Assembly (NCBI RefSeq): GCF_001194135.2
Contig: NC_068986.1
Coordinates: forward strand, 22,890,465 to 22,924,380
Source: Octopus bimaculoides
Taxonomy: Eukaryota
Direction of reading: 5' to 3'
DNA length: 33,916 nucleotides
The notes beneath the pieces were generated by a model, which did no database searches, was not told the DNA's origin, and saw nothing but the letters and a program-made list of their open reading frames with translations. Of the stretch, positions 22,295 through 31,808 are shown in pieces (position 1 is the first letter of the stretch; each line of letters begins with the position of its first letter). The position numbers and the translations under genes were made by a program.

Positions 22295-24458
22295 TGTGTC
22301 CTCGTTCGTTTGATCCCACCCACGCACCCACCCGACTGGTTAATGTACCTTTCGAGTAACTTGGCGGTTTCGAAAAGAAAAGAAAAAAAAAATAGAATAA
22401 GTAAGATGCTTAAAAATTCGTAACGGGAAGATTTATTCAACTAAAACACTTCAAGGCGGTGCTCCAGTATGGCCACAGTCCAATAACTGAAATACGTAAA
22501 TGATAAAAGATCAAATTTGAAAAAATAACGTTTCTGGCACTGCTAGAGCACAGTCTGAGCTCAAATGAGAGAAACGATTTGAATAACAATATATGTGTTG
22601 ATCTCTTTTAGGGTAACCCAGGACCTACCGGTGCACCCGGATTCCCCGGACCTCGAGGACCAACTGGACCTGTTGGAAGCCCAGGTAAAAAGGGAACTAA
22701 AGGTATCCGTGTAAGTATGATGCTTTAGAATTTTACCTCTTAAACTAGTAAATTAAATTAAAAAAGCCATCTATGCATCATGCTTAATGTATGTACACTA
22801 TCAATAGGCCAGTTGCTACAATATTTATCCTGAGATAACATCTCTTATGGATGGACGTTCTGTGTTAAAAACACAATAAATATCAGAGGGAGGCAAAAAT
22901 TTAACCCAGCAGCAGCAGCCATTCGCATGTTCAGAAGAGAATTTATAGACTGTGATATAAGAAAAAGTGAATAAAACATTCACTTATGTTGAGAATAGCT
23001 ATTCGACTGAGTAGAAGTCTGATATATGCAATTGGGGCAATATTAAATTAAAACAGTCACCTATGTATCATATTTAATGTATATACACAGGTGACAGGCC
23101 AGTGACTGCAGTATTTATCTTGAAATAGCATCACTTATGAACGTGCTGTGTTAAGAATACAATGAATATCGAAGGGAAGCGAAAACTCTTGCGGCGGCCA
23201 GCAAGAACGCCAGATGCCTTTAAACCTTTCAATATCTTTTTAATCGCACGTACTCGTAGCCAGCTACATGCTCGAACGAGAAATCATTATCTCGGATATA
23301 CGTAAGAATGAATAAAACATTCACTGATGTTGCAAACAGACGCCCAACTGAATAAAAGTCTGGTATATGCAACTGAGATAGTAAGTCATCTATGTGTCTA
23401 CTCAATGTATATACACTGCCGATTGACCAGTTATTGCGATATTTGTCCTGAGCTAACATCTCTTATGGACGTGCTGTGTTAACCCTTTGCTTGCCTAAAG
23501 GATTATCAGAAATTTGTCCTAGACGTCCATGTTTTCTTCAGACCTTTGAGTAATATAAAACTTTCCTTCCATAAGTCTCAAGTTATTCTGGTGGTTGAAA
23601 AAAAAATGGCAATGTGTATCATAAATAATGCATGGACGCCAGGGAACCATCTCCTGCGTATCACAAGTGGTACACAAGACAGGAAAATGGTTAAAAATAC
23701 GATAAATATTGAAGGAAGACGAAAATTCGTTCCAGCAGTGGCCAGCGAGAACGCAAGATGCATTTCGGCCCATTTTGGGCCTTTGCAATGGCGCGTACTC
23801 GCAGTCAGCTACATGCTCGATTTCATATTTCTTTTGTTTCTAAATAGGTATGTTTTCTGTGTTTAGGGAGAACAAGGAACTCAAGGTTACAAAGGACAAC
23901 CAGGAAGTAAAGGACCACGCGGCCCCTCTGGAGACCGTGGAGCTCCCGGACCCGCTGGTTCTGAAGGAAAGAGAGTAAGTGTTACTATTGCTTATACATT
24001 TATATACAATAATGATTGCAGTAAATTTATTGCTTGTTATTCCTTTTAAAGATTTTTTTGTTGGAATCATCGTCATCGTCGTTGTTGTCATCGTTATCAT
24101 CCATACCATCACTATCACTGCAACCACAATCACATCCACCAGCATCACCACTGTCGCCGCTGCAGCCACCATCTCTTTCATCATCATCGTCATCATCGTC
24201 GTCGTTGTCGTCGTCGTCGTCGACGACAGCGACTAAGGAACCTCTATCTGGTCGCTCAGCTACACTAAGAATAGCAGTCGAGTCTCACAGAAATCACAAT
24301 CTGCTATCATAAAACAAGGACACATTGGATAATCTGATGCTGGGAGCATTGAGCATTGGGAAAAAGAAACAAAAACAAAAATATCCCAGAAGACAGATTT
24401 TTATCACAGGTCTTTATCACAGGATTAACATAAAGCTAAACTGGCCCCAGCACAGCAT

Positions 24459-24519
<61 letters not shown>

Positions 24520-27500
24520 AGCACCACCACCACCACCACCACGATCACAACTACCACCACCACCATCACCATCGTCGTAGTCGTTTTCTTCTTCTTCTTC
24601 TTCTTCTTCTTCTTCTCCGTCGTCGTCGTCGTCGTCGTCGTCATCGTCATCCTCATCGTGGCCGTTATCTGTGCTATAGTTCTTGGTATAAATTTATTCA
24701 TTCATTGTCAATCCATCATAAATTAATATTATATAATTCAATTTTGCAATTTAATATAGATATTTTTCGTTTATTTATCTTTCAGGGTATTGCTGGCGCT
24801 CCAGGACCCGTCGGTGGTGTTGGTCCATTTGGAGAGCGTGTAAGTAGATTTCTTTTTTCTTTTTGCTTAAAACAAGTATTACAAGTACCATAGTTCATTC
24901 ATACCTATAGATGTATGCTGGTAATTACTAGGGTACTAGGATAATTAACAAACTTTAAGAACTAAGGTTCTCCAAAACAGAAAGGAGAAAGCCAAATGGG
25001 AGGTTACTGATACAAGCGATCAATGGAACTGTCAAAATATATAAAACTTTCGAAAGGTTTAGCTTAAATATCTAGATATGCAATTATATGTATGGTTATA
25101 CATACAGAAGACAAAACATGCAGCTTTACACATGCACTGACTCGAAATACTTGCACACACACTATGTATATATATATATATATATATAGGAGAGACATAT
25201 ATTCTCCGTATAGAATGCACTTCGTAGTGCTCAAGGTTTAAACTTGAGGAGGTAGAGTAGTAAAAGTTATGCAAGTCAATATACAAGAAATATTAAATAC
25301 ATTGCTTATCCATATATATNNNNNNNNNNNNNNNNNNNNNNNNNNNNNNNNNNNNNNNNTATATATATATTACCATGTATAACGTACCTATTAATGTTGA
25401 AATTCCAATGAAGTAATAATTACATACATCCACATATGCATACAAATTCGTTAGTAGATCAGTAAAAACACACAAGACTTTTTCTGAAGTTGAATATGTG
25501 AATTAATACATTCCAATGATGGAGCTTTGTATGTTTGTTAGAAGCCAGTTTCTCCTTTATAGGAAGATTTCAGATAATTAAAAAAAAATAGAAGAGAACA
25601 TACGTATATACATACATACATACATACATACATGCATACATGTATTCATGTATGCACGCATATGTACACACATGTATACACGCATGCGTATATGCCTATA
25701 AATATGTATATATACATATATGTCTACGTATACATATAACAATACACACAAAGACTCATATATAAATAAAATGAAGGGGTGTCTATTTACTTTTGAGGTA
25801 CCTGTGCACATATAAAGTAATAACCTTATTATCAATATGTACACATGGAATGTAACATGCGTATATGCTGTATATACTGTGAATCTATTAGATTAAAGGA
25901 ATGTATAAAATGCTTACAACTGTACGCTTGTGTACGTGTGTGTGTACGTGTGTGTATGTACGTGTGTGTACGTGTGTGTGTGTACGTGTGTGTACGTGTG
26001 TGTGTGTACGTGTGTGTGGTGTGTGTGTTAGATCATATACAGACTGAAAATAAATGTACTTAGTATTACATTACTTGTCTTCAACATAAATGAAAGGCAT
26101 TTCCTGCTCAGTCACATATATTGTTATTTCCTTTTTAGGGACCTCCAGGAGAACGAGGTCTTTCAGGAGCTGACGGACTTCCAGGACCCAAAGGAGTTGA
26201 TGGTGAAAAAGGACCACGTGGAAAAGTTGGTGACAGTGGAGCAGCAGTAAGTATTTTGCAATATGTTATCAAATTATTTGATATTTTACCCTGTATTTCA
26301 AAATATCATGAATTCAATTTATTTGGTAATATAATTAGCAGTGTGTCTTGTTCTCTTCGTTTGTCCGTCCTCTTGACATACACATCAAAAGCAATTAGCT
26401 GATTTAATACTTTCACTATGTCTGAATTTCTAGAAATATTGACAGATTATTTAGTTAGCTGAATACTGACTAGAAATTTATAAAGAAATTATATGCCCAC
26501 AGCCTCTTATTTTACGTCACAAAACTCTTACTGAGGTTAATGAAAACTTCATAATACATACTTTCAAAGAATCTAGCAAAAAGAAGAAAAAATACAGGAA
26601 AAAGGGAAGGAACAGTCTTCAGCTTTTTACGATCGTGTGAATCGTTATTGGTAAACGATGTTTATTATGGGTCTTTTTGTTCCGAGCTCAACTTTGCTTT
26701 TCATTCTTTCAGGATCAACACTAGTCAAATATTGGGATGTATGCAATCATCTAACCCCCTAAAGATGCTGGCTTTGTGCCTAAATTAAAAGCAATTATTA
26801 TAGTAAACACTAGGATTATGGATCGGCAGAGTCATTAAAACGTCGGATAAGATGCCTTGCAGTATTTGTTCCAACCCTTAATTTTCCAGGTTTAAATCCC
26901 GCCGAGGTCAGCGTTACCTCTTGTTCTCTTTGAGGACGATAAAATAAAATACCAGTTAAGAATTGGAGTTGTTGAGTCATTGATTAACCACCTCCCTTTA
27001 AAAATTGATAGCCTGGTGTTTATATGAGATCTAAATAATTTAATTAGCGCAAACACCTCACCAAAGATCGGATTTTGGGATCGACTTGTGTTAAATTTCT
27101 AGCAAAAGCATGTGATAATCCCTTTTCATGTCTTTAACTGTAGTTAAACAGTTTTTTTCTTTTTAAGTACCAGGATACAGAAACGATATACTAAATGCAA
27201 GGCCTCACCAGATCTTTGGTGTTAATAATAACTATGTTATATATCCAGAACTATTACCCATTTTTTTAGGAGGGGGTAGCCACAACAAGACATACACCAG
27301 GCATTCCACTAATTTCCCAGTTCAAAGAGGCTTACCCCGTTCTATGCTCGGATCAAGGCATAGAACGCAACCCTCAATATCAACAGCGGGGCCTGACAGC
27401 ATATGCTCCTTCATCCCCGCCGCATCATGCTGGTTCCGTACCCTTTTGAGCAACATTAAATTGACTCATTCCTCTACAAACCCTCTCCAAACTTTCATAT

Positions 27501-30468
27501 CATTTATAAACTATACCATCACATAAACTTATTTTCAGACTGAACACTATATTTTAGTTTTGTTTTAGTCTTGATTTTTTGAGCCTATGGAAGTTCTATA
27601 GGAAAATGTTTTAAACTTCTTTCATAGTTTTTATTACTACTGACCAAAACTATTTCTGTTCACTTTCAGGGAGAGAGAGGACGCCCAGGTGCCCCTGGAC
27701 TTCAAGGACCAATAGTAAGATATTACATTTATTTTCTTCGATGATTTATAATATTACCGGTATTTGATGTCGCCAAATCATACTTCTTTCCATTTCATAT
27801 TGAATGACGTCGTCAAATGTGTCATTATCACCAAGCATTACTATTAATGATATATGATATCTTGCGAATATCAACACACATTTAATGCATTGCTCTAGTA
27901 ATATGGCTTACATATATCTATAGCTTATGTTATCACATCAAAAATCTCCTTCATTGTAGTCAAATAATCGGTCAATGCTACCCTCATCATCACCCTCCCC
28001 ATAAACACTACCACCGTCATCATCATTAGCACCACTATCACTATCACTACAGTTACCACCATCCCTACCGTGGCCACCATCCCTCCCGTAACTACCAGTG
28101 TCGTCAATACTATTACATATCAAGGCGGTAAGCTGGCAGAAACGTTAGCACGCCGGGCGAAATGCTTAGCGGTATTTCGTCCGTCTTTACGTTCTGAGTT
28201 CAAATTCCGCCGAGGTCGACTTTACCTTTTATTCTTTCGGGGTCGATAAATTAAGTACCAGTTGCGTACTGGGGCAGATCTAATCGACTGCCCCCCCTCC
28301 TCCAAAATTTCAGGCCTTGTGCCTAGAGTAGAAAAGAATACTGTTACATATCGCCGTTGGTATTTTCTTTACCACACCACTATCACCACACCTCTACCAT
28401 CATCACCATCGCTATCAACATCAGTCTTATTACTTATTCCTTTACCACCATCTCTTTCACCTCCACCCTCCATTCATTTGCTAGCCACGTGCTGAAATAC
28501 TAACAAACTGTATTCATTTTCTTATTCTTAGGGTGTTCCTGGTATGCCTGGTGCTGATGGCCGTGCTGGCCCACCTGGACCTCCCGTAAGTGGAATGTAT
28601 TTTTTTTTCTAATACTCAGCGTGAATACCTAACTACAAAACATGTATTTCTGAACCGATCTTTGTTTTACAAAAGTGACTAGATACGTACGAAACTACAG
28701 CCATACGATGGTAGACGGAAGAAATGAAGAGCTCAAGAATAAAGCGCGTATTCAAATTAAGCAAGCCAAAAGGATATTCTTATTGATTCAACCTATATTT
28801 CTTAATGGCTCGGACCTATAATTCTTAGTGATTCGACATATACGAGCCAAGACAACGAGAGAGCCTGTATGTGGTTGTTCCGCATATTAGAAATGGTAAC
28901 AGCCAAATCCCTCTTAAATCACACCTTGTCATATAAAAGAAAAAAAAAAGGGACAATGTATTCTATAACAAAGAAAAGACAAAGTGGTTTTTAAAAGGAC
29001 AGAGTTGTCGTGGCTGTAATGTCTTTGAATATAGGTCTGTTGGAGCTAATTGATAATAATTGGTCTGTTGGAGCTAATTGATAATAAAAATAACAAGGCT
29101 CTAACACTTTAGTTAAAATTATTTCCTGATCGATGATAATCGTTATCTAAGTCACTTAGAAATAAATTAAACTGGGTTTAATTTATTATCACTGTACGTA
29201 TACACAAGCACAGGTATGGTTGGGCTTTGCAACGACATGGTTCGTGTCCAGCCCTCCGCGCGGCGGCACCATGGAGAAGTGTCTTCTACTATAGCCCCTG
29301 GCCGAACAATGCTTTGTGAATTAATTTGGGTGTAGATAGAACGTGTGTGGAAGCCCGTCGTATATATACATATATGTGTGTGTCCTTGACACTGCTTGAC
29401 AACTGGATTTGATTAGTTTACACTTTTGCAATATAGCGGTTCGGCAAAAGAGAGGGGTATAATATAAAAAACCAGATTGAGAAAAGAAAAATAAGTACCG
29501 GGATCAATTTCTTTTTCGAATAAAACCCTTCAAGACGGTGTTCCAGTTTGGGGAAGATAAAAGAAAATAATAGGAAATAGATTACAGTGTAAATCGGAAA
29601 ATAAAAGCTGGATAAAAGGATAATTTCACACGGAATAGCAAAAATATTTCACTCAATATTATAATCCTATAAACCTTTGTAATACAACAAATAGAATAAC
29701 AAATGTAAGCTTTATGCAGCAGATAAAATCCTACATTTCAGTCAGAAAACATATAAAAGAAAATGTTTGTTTATATCTGATTAAATATTTTGTATTGTAT
29801 TAGGGAGCAGTTGGAAATGATGGCAATCCCGGTGAAATGGGAGCACCAGGTATTCAAGGCCTCCCCGGATCCCAAGGACCTGCTGGAGGCAAAGGAGAAA
29901 TTGTAAGTAATTTAAAGTATCAAAGTTGTTTATATTGTTAATATTTTCGAGATGATGGGTTAAATAATGTTAAAGAATGAAGCACGTAACCGAGCGATTA
30001 AGGGTGTTAGACTCACTCTCCTAAGTTTGTGGGATCAATTCCCGGACTAACCGGCGAGTTGTGTCCTTGAGCAAGGCACTTCATTACACGTTCCTCTAGT
30101 CCATTCTGCAGAAAATAAATTCCACCAATTATACTGGAGGTAACCTCGTGACTGGCTGTCGTCCCGTAAAGAGCAATATTTCAGGGGCAGAACTAGTGAC
30201 TGCCCAACTCTCTGTTTGCACCACAGAAAAGCTAACATGATAGCCCGAGATAATCATTGACCCCCAACTTGACGATGATGAAGCAGAACTTGTGGAGCGC
30301 CGGATTAAAGCCCTTACAGTATTTAGAAATACTTCTTCTATACGCTCCGATTTGAAATCCCTTTTGCGTCCAACTTTATTTTCAAAACACCCAAGGATCG
30401 ACGAAATCTGTGTACTTTCCTCGTTCGTATTCACATAAGACAAAAATATCATTACTATCATAAAATGC

Positions 30469-30520
<52 letters not shown>

Positions 30521-30651
30521 ATTCCGCCGAGGTCGACTTTGCCGTTCATCCTTTCGGGGTCGATAAATTAAGTACCAGTTACGCACTGGGATCGATGTAA
30601 TCGACTTACCCCTCTCCGCAAATATCAGGCCTTGTGCCTATAATAGAAAGG

Positions 30652-30706
<55 letters not shown>

Positions 30707-30730
30707 TAATAATAATAATAATAACTACTA

Positions 30731-30781
<51 letters not shown>

Positions 30782-31631
30782 GTAGTAGTAGTAGTAGTAG
30801 TAGTAGTGAGTGGAGGAGGATAAGGGCACAAAATCATTAGCGGCATTTCTTCGGCGCCTTACCTTCTGTATTCAAATTGGGCCTAAGTCCACTTTGCCTT
30901 TCATCCTTCTGAGATTAATAAAATAAATACTATTTGAGTAATGGAGGACGATAAAATCGACTTAACCGTCCTTAAAAATATTGTTGTCCTTGTGCTAAAA
31001 CTTGAAACCATTATTATTAGTTGTAATATTTTTTTATTATTGTTTACGTGGTCATAATCCATAATTCTGCTTTTGTTTCGTTTTAGGGTTCTCCTGGCCC
31101 CGGCGGCAAAGACGGTTCTGTTGGACAACCTGGTCTCCCCGGTGACCCAGGACAACCAGGCGCTCGTGGACCACCCGGTCCTTCCGGATTAGAAGTAAGA
31201 AGATTGTTTTTTTAATGGATGCATTTAATTTAGCTTTTATAGACGCTACAATAATTATTATTATATTATTATAGTTTCATATAATACTTGAATGAAATAA
31301 TGGACACCATATCTTCAAACAGCATCTTTAGTACAAATAGGAAGTAAATTGCTAAAAGTGTCACGTACTATATATTGCTAACCTGGAAACATCTTTAATA
31401 CACATATAAAATATTTTAAATCACTATATATATATATATTTCTATTATTTATTTTAGATATTCGATGTAGCTATTATGTAAAACTGATGTTGATGAGAAA
31501 TGCATATTCTGTGTATACATGGATCAACTTTTTTCATATTTTAGGGTGAAGCTGGAGAGAGAGGAAGCCCTGGCAGTGATGGAGCTCCTGGTAGACAGGT
31601 ATCTATCTATCTATCTATCTATCTATCTACT

Positions 31632-31683
<52 letters not shown>

Positions 31684-31696
31684 TATGTATACACAA

Positions 31697-31731
<35 letters not shown>

Positions 31732-31764
31732 CATACATACTCATATGTATCAGTGTGTAATGTT

Positions 31765-31808
<44 letters not shown>

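Larger units (their letters stand above)
3369..25359. other. Assembly gaps (N runs) at 3369-3618, 5053-5190, 6534-6554, 11144-11378, 17665-18285, 18849-18867, 22122-22238 and 25320-25359
   Basis: Direct read. Confidence 0.98.

Noticed and set aside
22767-23820. CRISPR-like or prokaryotic repeat array
   Set aside because: The context is eukaryotic and intronic, the units are ~300 bp and degenerate, and there is no repeat-spacer structure or cas gene.
23840-24726. Long ORFs rich in Ser/Thr/Ile/Val/Met runs
   Set aside because: These are translations of compound trinucleotide microsatellites within a collagen intron.
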